This document shows positions 21,758 to 30,939 of a DNA stretch of 64,000 nt, piece by piece. A program made the position numbers and the translations under genes. Each line of letters opens with the position of its first letter. Positions within the stretch are counted from its first letter, which is position 1. Origin of the DNA: Vulcanimicrobiota bacterium. Its GTDB lineage: Bacteria; Vulcanimicrobiota; Vulcanimicrobiia; Vulcanimicrobiales; Vulcanimicrobiaceae. The DNA lies in the NCBI GenBank assembly GCA_963795855.1, contig CAWCIZ010000004.1:64001-128000 (forward strand). Reading direction: 5' to 3'. Under the pieces are notes generated by a model. It was not told where the DNA came from. It saw only the letters and a list, made by a program, of their open reading frames with translations, and did no database searches.

Positions 21758-23701
21758 ACCGCGTGATTCCGGCGCTCCTGGCGCTTGCGTTGCTTCTGGG
21801 CGCTGCGCCGCAGCAGCGCTTTTCAATCGATGCCATGCAGCGCATCGTCGATCTGTCGTCGGCCGTCATCTCGCCCGACGGCGCGCGCGTTGCTTTCGTC
21901 GAGTCCCGCGTGGATACGGATCGAAACCGGTACGACGACAGCCTTGTCGTCTACGATCGCGCGACGGGCCGCATGCAAACGGTTTCGCAAGGTCACGACA
22001 CGGTCGATTCCGTCGCATGGTCGCCCGACGGCTCCGCCTTGGCGGCAGTCATGAACGACGCCGCTTCGGGCGCGGATCAGCTGTACGCGATCGATCTCGC
22101 TGCCGGATCGTCACGTCAACTGACCAACGGTAAAGCGGACGTCGATCAAATCGCGTGGTCGCCGAACGGTAGCGAAATCGCCTTTTCGCGCCCGCGCTAC
22201 GTACCGCCGAAACAAGGCGCCGCTGCGTTCCGCGATGCGTTCCGTGTAAGCGACAATGCGTATTTGGTAACGAAAGCGCCGCAACCGGTCGATCTGTTCC
22301 TCGTCAGCCTCGGCGGAGCCGAGCACCGCGTCTTCACAGGTCCAGGCAGTGTAGCCGATTCGCCGCTCTCGTGGTCACCGGATTCGACGCGCATACTTTA
22401 CGAACTGGCGCCGAGCGGTGTGTACGGCATTCAAGATCGCGCGGTGCTGCGTCAGCTCGATTTGCGTACCGGAAAAATTTCGGCGCCGACGCCCGCGCGC
22501 GCGTACCAGGACAACGGGTTGTTTTCGCCCGACGGCAAACGCGTCGCGTACCGGTATAATCGAGGCGGCGATCCGGTCAACGAGCCGGAAGCATACGTTG
22601 ACGGAGAAGACGTCTCGCGCGCGCTCGACCTGCATGTTGAAACGTTCTCGTGGATGCCGGGAAGCACGGCGCTGCTGCTGCAAGTCTACGAACGAGCCGC
22701 CGCTCCGCTTTACGTCCAGCCGCTGCGCGGGACCGCGCGCCGCCTCTCGCTGGGGGCCGTCGTCTCCGCGTCGATTCAGTCCGCGGGCAGCGTCGCGCGT
22801 GACGGCACGATCGCGTTCATCGGCGAAGAAGCAGGGCGCCCGAGCGAAGTGTACGTGCTGCCGCCGAACGCGGCGCGGCCGCAACGGCTCACGAATCTCA
22901 ACGCCGCAATCGCCGCGCTCGAACTCGGCCGTACCGCACGCATCTCGTGGCGCTTCGACGGCCGAAGTGAAGACGGCGTGCTCACCTATCCGCCCGGCTT
23001 CGTTCGGGGACGCAAGTATCCGCTCGTCCTGCGGATTCACGGCGGTCCGACGCTCTCGTCCATGACGGCGTTCGATCCGTTTTATCAGCTGGCCGCCGCG
23101 CGCGGATACGTCGTCTTCGCTCCGAATTACCGCGGCAGCAACGATCTCGGAAACGCATATGAACGCGCGATTTTCAACGATGCAAGCATCGGGCCGGGAC
23201 GCGACGTCATGGCCGGCATTCGCGCGGTCGAAGCACTGGGCATGGTCGACGAATCGCGGATCGGCGTGTCGGGATGGTCTTACGGCGGCCAGCTCGACGT
23301 CCTGGATGGAGTCGCAGTATCACATCTGGAAAGCGGCGGTCGCGGGCGCCGCGGTGAACGATCTGGTCGTGGATTACGCCATCGCCGACGACATCGACGC
23401 CGACCGTATTGCCTTCGCCAGCGGATCGCCGTATAAAGCCAACGCGCTGGAGACCTGGCGCAAACATTCGCCGATCACGTATTTCGCACAGATCCGCACG
23501 CCGACGCTTATCCTTTGCAACGTCTACGACGTTCGCGTGCCCATCGTCGAGTCGTACGAAATGTATCACGCTTTGCGCGACAACGGCGTTCCCGTCGAAT
23601 TTTACGCATACCCGAGCACGGGTCATCTGCCGCATGGGCCCGTGCGGCTGGCCGACGCGTATTCAAAGTGGCTGGGGTGGTTCGATCGCTATTTAAAATG
23701 A
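21754..23701 (+). CDS. Secreted S9 family peptidase with PD40 propeller (frameshift near 23297)
   Basis: Signal peptide; WSPDG repeats; IHGGP; PNYRGS; GWSYGG; D.RVP; GH. Confidence 0.9.
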
Positions 23702-23711
23702 GGAGTCCTGA

Positions 23712-24740
23712 ATGATAGCAGGCGTCTTACTCGCCGCGCTTTGCAACCCGGTGTTTTTCAAGCCCGCCGGCAGCGCGGTGCATTCGCGTCTGCAAGGCGG
23801 CCCTGCACTCGTGCTTTCGGGCGGCGGCCTGATGGAGATGCCGTACGATCGCGTCTTTCACTGGATGCGGTCGCATGTCGACGCTCCCAGCGGCGTGCGA
23901 GCGGGTAATTTAGTGATTCTGAAAGCATCGGGCGGCAGAATCTACAGCGACGCATTCTATCGTGCCGGCCGCTTCGCATCGGTGCGTGAGATAGTGATAC
24001 CGCCGTGCGCGTCCAGGCGCGGGGTCGACAGCGTCGCGCCGTATGTCGACGCCGCCGACGCGGTGCTCTTTTCAGGAGGCGATCAAGCGCACTACGCCGC
24101 GTGGAAAGGAAGCGCGCTCATCGCAGCCGTTCGGCGCGTCTACTCGCGCGGCGGCATCGTCGGCGGCGGAAGCGCGGGGTTGGCGATACAAGGTGAGGTC
24201 GTTTTCGATTCGGTGGCGGCCGATCGCGTATTGCCGGATGACGAAGACGTGGCGACGCCTGATGCGGTGCGCAATCCGTACGAACGCGCGATCAGTTTTA
24301 CGACGGGTTACTTTGCGTGGCCGCCGCTAGCCGGCGCGATAACGGATACGCATTTCGCGCGCCGCAACAGGTTCGGACGTCTGGCCGCGTTCATGGCGCG
24401 CGCGCTGCACGATCGGCTCGTAACGGGGCGACGGGTCTACGGCGTTGCGGTCGATGAAGGCGCCGCTTTGCTGGTCGATTCGAACGGCATGGCGACGCTC
24501 CTCGAACGCGCGCGCGAGTCCGACGGGTACGTGCCGGCGGGCGCTTACGTTCTCGAAGGAGGCGCGGCGCAGCGCATCGCCGCAGGCCTACCGCTGCTGT
24601 ACACCGTCAACGTTACGCATCTCTCGCGCGCGGGCGCGCGGTACGATCTGCTGCGCAAACGCGGCGACGGTTCGCATTACCGCGTGACCGTCAACGGCGC
24701 ATCGTCGCGCATGTATTCCCGCAACCCTTACCGCTCCTGA
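23712..24740 (+). CDS. Cyanophycinase-like S51 peptidase with signal-like N-terminus
   Basis: LVLSGGG, FSGGDQ..Y, GGGSAGLA nucleophile elbow, DTHF..RNR.GRL, GV.VDE. Confidence 0.82.
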   Translation: MIAGVLLAALCNPVFFKPAGSAVHSRLQGGPALVLSGGGLMEMPYDRVFHWMRSHVDAPSGVRAGNLVILKASGGRIYSDAFYRAGRFASVREIVIPPCASRRGVDSVAPYVDAADAVLFSGGDQAHYAAWKGSALIAAVRRVYSRGGIVGGGSAGLAIQGEVVFDSVAADRVLPDDEDVATPDAVRNPYERAISFTTGYFAWPPLAGAITDTHFARRNRFGRLAAFMARALHDRLVTGRRVYGVAVDEGAALLVDSNGMATLLERARESDGYVPAGAYVLEGGAAQRIAAGLPLLYTVNVTHLSRAGARYDLLRKRGDGSHYRVTVNGASSRMYSRNPYRS

Positions 24741-25432
24741 TCCTCGGACGCGTCCTGAAGATCCGGGCGGCGCTCTCGCGTGCGCGCTCGCGACTGTTCG
24801 CGACGCCATGCGGCGATCGCCGCGTGGTTACCCGAAAGCAGAACGGATGGAACGGAAACGCCGCGAAACTCGGCGGGACGAGTGTAGCTCGGATAGTCGA
24901 GCGCTCCGAACGTGAACGATTCGTCGACGAGCGACTCCGCACGAACCGTGCCTTCGAGCAGCCGTACGGTCGCGTCGACAATCGCCAGCGCCGGGAGTTC
25001 GCCGCCCGTCAGGACGAAATCGCCGATCGAAAGCTCTTGCAAGGGATAGAGCTGACCGAGGCGGTCGTCGATCCCTTCGTAATGACCGCAGATGACGATG
25101 AGGCGGTCGAGCTCGACTGCGAACCGGCGCGCGTGCGCCTGCGTGAATCGTTCGCCGGCGGCTGCCGGCACGACGATGAGCCGCCGCTCCTCTTGCGGAG
25201 CTGCAGCGATGATTTCGTCGAGGATGCGCGCTATGGGCTCGATGCGCATGACCATGCCTGGACCGCCGCCAAAGGGCACGTCGTCGGCACGCTCGTTGCC
25301 GCGAAGCGCATTCAAGACGTGATGGTAACGGATCTCGACGATGCCGGCTTCGACCGCGCGCCCGACGATCGACAGCCCCACGAAGGGCGCGAAGACTTCC
25401 GGAAAAAGCGTGAGCACGTCGATCGTGAACAT
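24728..25432 (-). CDS. trmD: tRNA (guanine-N1)-methyltransferase
   Basis: IDVLTLFPE, DD.PFGGGPGMV, CGHYEGID.R, SIGDFVLTGGE, YTRP, LLSGNH. Confidence 0.97.
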   Translation of the reverse strand: MFTIDVLTLFPEVFAPFVGLSIVGRAVEAGIVEIRYHHVLNALRGNERADDVPFGGGPGMVMRIEPIARILDEIIAAAPQEERRLIVVPAAAGERFTQAHARRFAVELDRLIVICGHYEGIDDRLGQLYPLQELSIGDFVLTGGELPALAIVDATVRLLEGTVRAESLVDESFTFGALDYPSYTRPAEFRGVSVPSVLLSGNHAAIAAWRREQSRARTRERRPDLQDASEDQER

Positions 25433-25440
25433 AAAGTGCA

Positions 25441-25919
25441 GTGTTCCGACGATTCCTCGCCCTTTTCCGCCCGGACCTCTACACGCCATTCGAATTGGCG
25501 CTGCGCGACATGGCGCAGCGCCGGTATGAGGACGCGCTGGCGAAGTTCGACGCGCTGCTCGCGGACGGCGGCCTTTCGGCGCCCGAACGGGGCGCCGCCG
25601 CAAATAAACGCGGCGTCGCGCTCGTCGAACTACAGCGCCGCGACGAGGCGCGGGCCGCATTTGAAAATGCGCTGCAAATCGTGCCGGCCTTCGCTCCGGC
25701 GCTCGTCAACATCGGCAACCTCGCACTTGGAAGCGGGCGAACCGGAGCGCGCGCGTGGAGTTCTACGAACGCGCGATTCGCAGCGACGAGGAATACGCGC
25801 CCGCACACCACAATCTCGGCGTCGCATATAAACGCATGGGAAAGACGGGCGAAGCCGTACGCGCGTTGCGACGCGCGCACCGGCTGGAGGGTCGAGTCGT
25901 GCGGAGGCAAAGGAAGTAA
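25441..25919 (+). CDS. Tetratricopeptide repeat protein (frameshifts near 25730-25755)
   Basis: NKRGVAL, A..AFE.AL...P.F..AL.NIG, then YERAI..DEEYAPAHHNLGVAY in another frame. Confidence 0.75.
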
Positions 25920-25922
25920 CCC

Positions 25923-26412
25923 ATGCCGGATATCGAGCAGATTCCGCTTTCGAACGAACTTCTGGGCGTCATGCGGCGCGCCGCCCAAAAAGCGATCGAG
26001 TTGGACGAGTCGTTCATCACGCCTCGCGCGATTCTGCTGGCGCTGCTGGACGACGAGGGCATCGGCCCGGCGATCGCGGGCGTCGTGGTCCGTGAAAAGG
26101 TGCTTGCGGCGCAGGCCGGCGAGAGCACCGGCATGGCGCGTCTCATCGAAGAACCAATGGAAGAGGGCGAACAACCCGCAATGATTCGATACGACACGCT
26201 GGCCTTCAAGACGCCCGATGGCCGAACGAGCATGTGGCTGAACAAGGATGCGTTGAACATGTTTTTAGAAGGCGCGCGCCGCGTGAACGGCGCCTACGCT
26301 CCGAAACATCTCGCGCTCGGCTTGGCAGCGCAGGCGACTCACGCGCCCGGCGTGCTCTGCCGCGATCCGGGTCGAACCCGGGGTTTTGGCGGACGCGATT
26401 TACAAGATCTAG
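25923..26412 (+). CDS. Stand-alone Clp N-terminal-repeat-like protein (frameshift near 26360)
   Basis: LS.EL..VM.RA...A.......ITP..ILLALL followed by a second degenerate repeat ending PKHLALGL. Confidence 0.55.
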
Positions 26413-26428
26413 ATCGCAGCGCTGAGTT

Positions 26429-26896
26429 CTACTTCACGAGATCGGCGGACGTGATCTCTTCCAAGTACTCGAACAGCTGCGGAAGCGTGATCTTCTCCAG
26501 CGCGGTCTGCTGCTTGAGGCCGTCGCCGTCTTCGCCTTCGTCGCGCAAGTAACAGCGCGACTCGACACCCGAATCCGAATCGCTGATGAACGAGACGGCA
26601 AAACCTTTCCCCGGCATCTCGTCGTAGATGCGCATGGTCGCCGGATTCAGAATCTCGACCGAGTGGCTTTGATTGTTCGCGTCGAAAATGGTGATCGTCA
26701 GGTAGTCGCGGTTCACGACCTCGATCGAGCCGACCACGAAGACGTTTTTCGCCGAAAAGAATTCGTGCCCGCGCTTGTTTCGGCTGGAAACTTCATAGAA
26801 GACGCGATGCGCGACAAAGCGGTTGAGGATCTTCCGAAGGGTCGCGAGGGACGCGAGAGTCTCCGTCCGGTTGCCTCGCGTGTAGATGATCTTCAC
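26429..26896 (-). CDS. Hypothetical cytoplasmic protein
   Basis: GTG start after GGAG-like site; protein-like composition and GC3-biased codons from KIIYTRG onward. Confidence 0.7.
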   Translation of the reverse strand: MKIIYTRGNRTETLASLATLRKILNRFVAHRVFYEVSSRNKRGHEFFSAKNVFVVGSIEVVNRDYLTITIFDANNQSHSVEILNPATMRIYDEMPGKGFAVSFISDSDSGVESRCYLRDEGEDGDGLKQQTALEKITLPQLFEYLEEITSADLVK

Positions 26897-26983
26897 GGAG
26901 CCGCCCAACCTTGCACGGGGGCGCAGGAGGGCCCTGCCACCCCTTGACAGGCGTACCGGCGCAGCGGCGGAAAAGGTGACTTC

Positions 26984-27246
26984 GTGCTCTCTCTTCCCGA
27001 CATGGCGATTCTCGGAGTCCTCGCGCTGCTCGTCTTCGGCGAAAGAAGATTGCCCGGGATCATGCGGCACGCCGGACGCGTGATGCGCGACGTGCAGAAC
27101 ACCTCGCAGTCGTTCGTGCGCGAGATGGAACGGGCCGCGGATCTGAACGAGCAGCCGCCTCGGCCGGCTTCCGCGCAAATCCCCGAGCAGCCGAAGACGC
27201 GACGGCGCCCACGCCGGACGCCGTCGCCAAAGAAATACCGGAATAG
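26984..27246 (+). CDS. TatA/TatB family twin-arginine translocase subunit (3' frameshift)
   Basis: TM helix + LLVFG.RRLP + amphipathic helix. Confidence 0.7.
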
Positions 27247-27263
27247 CGCGGGCGCTCGCCCGC

Positions 27264-27554
27264 CTAGATGTTGAAGTTTTGCCGGAGTTCCGTGATGCGC
27301 TGCTGCAGCAGCGTTTTGGCCTGGCCTTGCAGGCGCTCTTTCTGATCTTCGGGCAGGCGCTGATACACCAGATATCCCGCGGCCGAGAGCAGCCCGCCGA
27401 GCACGCCGACCAGCAGCGCCTTACCCGTTTCGTTCGAGCCGTTGTTCTCGGTGTTCTCGTAATTCACGCTCGCGTTCTCCGCATACGTGCCCTTGTAGCC
27501 GTTGCTGCCGGACCATTGCTGCTCCGAGGGCGTCGACCGGAACGTCTCAGACAT
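27264..27554 (-). CDS. Small single-TM protein with C-terminal helix (YtxH-like)
   Basis: GGAGG RBS before ATG 27554; GKALLVGVLGGLLSAAGYLVY. Confidence 0.65.
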   Translation of the reverse strand: MSETFRSTPSEQQWSGSNGYKGTYAENASVNYENTENNGSNETGKALLVGVLGGLLSAAGYLVYQRLPEDQKERLQGQAKTLLQQRITELRQNFNI

Positions 27555-27616
27555 ATGTTTGCCTCCAAGATAAGGTCGACCTGAACAGTTATCATACCCG
27601 GTTTGCCGGAACCTGG

Positions 27617-27958
27617 TTAGGCCTCGGTTTCGTGGCGCACACTCACGTGCTGCGGATATTGCGAGGCAATTTGCTCGACCGCCAAACGCGCGGTTTCGAC
27701 GATCGCGCGACGCGCGTTCGTCTTCACGCGCCGCTTGCGGCCAGCGCATGAATAGGTCGCCGCGCTCTTGCGTGACGTCGAGCGGAATCTGAGCGTGCTC
27801 CTGCAATCCGAGTCGCGCCGCCTGCAAGACGGCTGAAACGGCGGCGCACACCAACGAGATACTCGTCGCTGACTGGTCTCGGCGATCTCGACGTGACCCG
27901 ACGCAAAAACAGAGGACAGCCGGTTACGGCTGTCCCTGCGAAAAACGACCTCGAGCAT
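27617..27958 (-). CDS. prp: Ribosomal-processing cysteine protease Prp (frameshifted)
   Basis: SGH ... VCAAVS dyad motifs; IA.QYP.HV end; directly after rplU. Confidence 0.8.
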   Translation of the reverse strand: MLEVVFRRDSRNRLSSVFASGHVEIAETSQRRVSRWCAPPFQPSCRRRDSDCRSTLRFRSTSRKSAATYSCAGRKRRVKTNARRAIVETARLAVEQIASQYPQHVSVRHETEA

Positions 27959-27983
27959 CTTTCGAATCGCCCGAATGCGGCGT

Positions 27984-28301
27984 CTACGGAAGGTCGATCT
28001 TGGTGATCTTGATCTGCGCGAACGGCTGACGATGGCCGGTGAGCTTGCGTACGCGCTTCTTCGGCTTGTACTTGAAAACGAGAATCTTCTTGTCTTTATC
28101 CTGACGCAGGACGGTGCCGGTCACCGAGGCGCCGCTCACGATAGGAGAACCGACGGTCACCGAGTCGCCGCCCTTGCTGGCAAGGACGACGCGGTCGAAC
28201 GTAACGTCCGATCCCACTTCGCTCTCCAGGAGGTCCGTCTTGATGACGTCACCCTCCGAGACTTTCAATTGCTTTCCGCCCGTCTCGATAATCGCGTACA
28301 T
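27984..28301 (-). CDS. rplU: 50S ribosomal protein L21
   Basis: MYAIIETGGKQ.KV..GD, KI.VFKYKPKK, GHRQ. Confidence 0.98.
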   Translation of the reverse strand: MYAIIETGGKQLKVSEGDVIKTDLLESEVGSDVTFDRVVLASKGGDSVTVGSPIVSGASVTGTVLRQDKDKKILVFKYKPKKRVRKLTGHRQPFAQIKITKIDLP

Positions 28302-28312
28302 AACTTTGGAAG

Positions 28313-28340
28313 ATTATCAGACGCCCGACGCTGCTGTCAA
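28313..28340 (-). promoter_or_regulatory. Sigma70 promoter for rplU
   Basis: TTGACA-16 bp-GATAAT on minus strand, 11 nt before ATG. Confidence 0.6.
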
Positions 28341-28373
28341 ACGCTCAAATCACGCCTCTAAAATGCTGCTCCC

Positions 28374-28402
28374 TTGACCGGAGGGTCGCAATGCGGTATT
28401 CT
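28374..28402 (+). promoter_or_regulatory. Sigma70 promoter for the membrane protein/HTH/ABC operon
   Basis: TTGACC-17 bp-TATTCT. Confidence 0.6.
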
Positions 28403-28447
28403 GGCAGAGAAGTCTGAAATATAGACGAGTCTAGAAGAGAGAGGAAT

Positions 28448-29026
28448 ATGGACGCGAGAGAGGCTCGAGAGAACTTGGAAATGGTCGATCGCATTCTCGC
28501 GCAGGCGGAGCCCGTTAAGCATTTCCGTCCGTACGCACGCCTGCTCGTCATCATCGGCGTGGCCGCCGCAGTCCTGGAATGCGGAATCCAACTTTCGATG
28601 AGCGGCCGAGGGAATGCCGTGGTCTATGCCGGCATCGCGTTGATGGCCGCGGGTTACGTCTATCTTATTTGGACGCAGGCGGTGTTGCGCCGCGCGAGTG
28701 CGCGCATCTCGAACGCGGAAGCGCGACAGAGTCGATCGATCGGCGCCGTGTGGCTCGCCGTCTTCATCGCGGCATTTGCGCAGCCGCATATTTTTGCAAA
28801 CTGGGGAGCCTCCGCGATCTGGAATCTGGGCGCGTGCATTCAAATGCTGATGTTCGGGTTTTCGGGAGATCGCCGTTCGCTTGCGGGCGGTATCGCGCTC
28901 GGAGCGTCGATCGTGGGCGCAAATTACGCGATCAACTGGGCCGGCTACATTCTCGCCGCCGGATTCCTCGCCGGATACGTCGTGCCGGGGATTCTCAAGT
29001 TGATCGATACGCGTGAAGGCTGCTAA
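28448..29026 (+). CDS. Multi-pass membrane protein
   Basis: GAGG RBS; about 6 hydrophobic helices; typical partner of winged-helix regulator. Confidence 0.75.
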   Translation: MDAREARENLEMVDRILAQAEPVKHFRPYARLLVIIGVAAAVLECGIQLSMSGRGNAVVYAGIALMAAGYVYLIWTQAVLRRASARISNAEARQSRSIGAVWLAVFIAAFAQPHIFANWGASAIWNLGACIQMLMFGFSGDRRSLAGGIALGASIVGANYAINWAGYILAAGFLAGYVVPGILKLIDTREGC

Positions 29027-29029
29027 TCC

Positions 29030-29314
29030 GTGGACGAGCTGCTGCTCTCCAAGATTCGCTTAAGCGTAATCGCGGAGTTGCTCACTTCGGAATGGGTGGC
29101 GTTCAGCGAGTTGCAGCGCGCCACGCAGACGACCAATGGAAATCTCGGCGCACACGTCGGTAAACTCGTCGACGCCGGTTACGTGAATGAAGAGAAGGCC
29201 TTCGTGAACCGGCGTCCGCAGACGCGCTATCGTTTGACTCACGCCGGACGATCGGCATTCGTGCAGCACGTTCGAGAGATGCAGGATCTGCTCGAACAAG
29301 GAGAGGCGCAATGA
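29030..29314 (+). CDS. Winged-helix transcriptional regulator (HTH_34/ArsR-like)
   Basis: RL.VI..L, F.EL, T.GNL..H..KL..AGYV...K.F..RRP.T.Y.LT..GR.AF. Confidence 0.9.
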   Translation: MDELLLSKIRLSVIAELLTSEWVAFSELQRATQTTNGNLGAHVGKLVDAGYVNEEKAFVNRRPQTRYRLTHAGRSAFVQHVREMQDLLEQGEAQ

Positions 29315-30188
29315 GCATCGTCGCGCTCGATCGCGTGCGGAAAAGCTTCGGCAGCGTTACCGCCGTAAGCGGCCTTTCGCTGGAAATCGAACGGCCGGGC
29401 GTCACGGCGCTTCTCGGGCCGAACGGTGCCGGGAAGACAACGACGATCGACATGCTGCTCGGGTTGCGCCGCCCGGACGCGGGCACGGTGCACGTGCTGG
29501 GCATGAATCCGGCTTCGGCCCGCGCGCGCCGATACGTCGGCTGCACACCGCAGCAAAGCAGCGTTCCGGATGCGCTTCGCGTTTCAGAGATCGTACGTTT
29601 CGTTGCCGATCAGTATCCCGACCCGCTGCCGGCCGAGCAAATGCTTTCGGACTTCGGCTTGACTCATCTGGCCGATCGTCAGGCGGGCGTTCTTTCCGGA
29701 GGAGAAGTTCGCCGGCTTATGCTGGTGCTGGCATTCGTTGGACGGCCGAAGCTCGTCGTGCTGGACGAACCGACGAACGGCTTGGATCCCGAAACGCGGC
29801 GGCGCGTGTGGGATTACGTCCGCGGGTTTTCGGGGCGCGGCGGCACCGTGATGCTGACCACGCACCATATGGAGGAAGCCGAGGCGCTCGCTTCCCGTAT
29901 CGTCGTAGTCGATCGGGAAAGATCGTACGCGACGCCACGCCGGGTGAAATTCGACGCGCGGGCGGCATGCGACGGCTGACATACCAGGGCGACGCGTTCG
30001 ATCCCGCTGCTTATGGGCTTCGTGCGAACATCGTGCGCTCCGACGGCGAAACCGTATGCCTCGCGACCGACGATACCGACGCGGCGGTGCGAGCGCTGGT
30101 GCAAAGCAACGCGCGGTTTCGTAACCTGACCATCGACTCGCCGTCGCTCGAAGATGCCGTTATGTCTTTGTTGGAGGAATGCGTATGA
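29311..30188 (+). CDS. ABC exporter ATP-binding protein (frameshift near 29915)
   Basis: GPNGAGKTT, LSGGE, VVLDEPT.GLD, TTHHMEEAE. Confidence 0.92.
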
Positions 30189-30925
30189 GGATCGGCCGCC
30201 TTGCTCGATCTGCGGTTCGCGTGCAACTGCTCGAATTGCTGCGGCGCCCCGCGTTCGTCGTGCCGACGCTCGCGTTTCCCGCGCTTTTTTACTCCCTATT
30301 TGATTTGACGTATGCGCGGGCGTATCCGCAAGCGGCTGCCGCGATGATGCTTTCGTACATCGCCTTTGCCGTCGTCGGCGTAACGCTGTTTCAATTCGGC
30401 GTCGGGATGGCGGTGGAGCGCACGTTGCCGTGGGAACGGTATTTACGGACCTTGCCGACGCCGCTCTGGATCCGTTTTTCCGCTCGCATCGCTGTGGCTG
30501 CCGCGTTTGCCGCGTGCTCGGCGGCCGGCGTAGTCGTCATCGCGTCCATAGCGACTGCAGCGCGCTTCGATCCCGCGCAATGGGCGCTCGTCGCACTGTG
30601 CACGTTAGCGGGCGCCGTACCGTTCGTCCTGTTTGGGTTGGCGATCGGATACTGGACGACGCCGAAAGCGGCGCTCCCGATTGCAAACATCTGTTATCTG
30701 CTGCTCTCGTTTGCCGGTGGCCTTTGGATACCGCCGGCGGACCTGCCGGCTTTCGCCAGGAGCATTTCGCCGTACACGCCCACGCGGCAATTCGCGGACC
30801 TGCTTTGGAACGCGCCGCATGGTTTTGCCCTCGCACCGCTCGGCGCGCTCGCCGGATTCGCGTTACTGTTCGGTTCCATTGCGACCGCCGGTTATCGTCG
30901 GGATCGCGCCGCGCGGTTCGCATAA
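30185..30925 (+). CDS. ABC-2 type permease
   Basis: 6 TM helices; ER...W...LR.LP; GGLW.P. Confidence 0.88.
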   Translation: MRIGRLARSAVRVQLLELLRRPAFVVPTLAFPALFYSLFDLTYARAYPQAAAAMMLSYIAFAVVGVTLFQFGVGMAVERTLPWERYLRTLPTPLWIRFSARIAVAAAFAACSAAGVVVIASIATAARFDPAQWALVALCTLAGAVPFVLFGLAIGYWTTPKAALPIANICYLLLSFAGGLWIPPADLPAFARSISPYTPTRQFADLLWNAPHGFALAPLGALAGFALLFGSIATAGYRRDRAARFA

Positions 30926-30939
30926 CGAAAGGACCTTCT

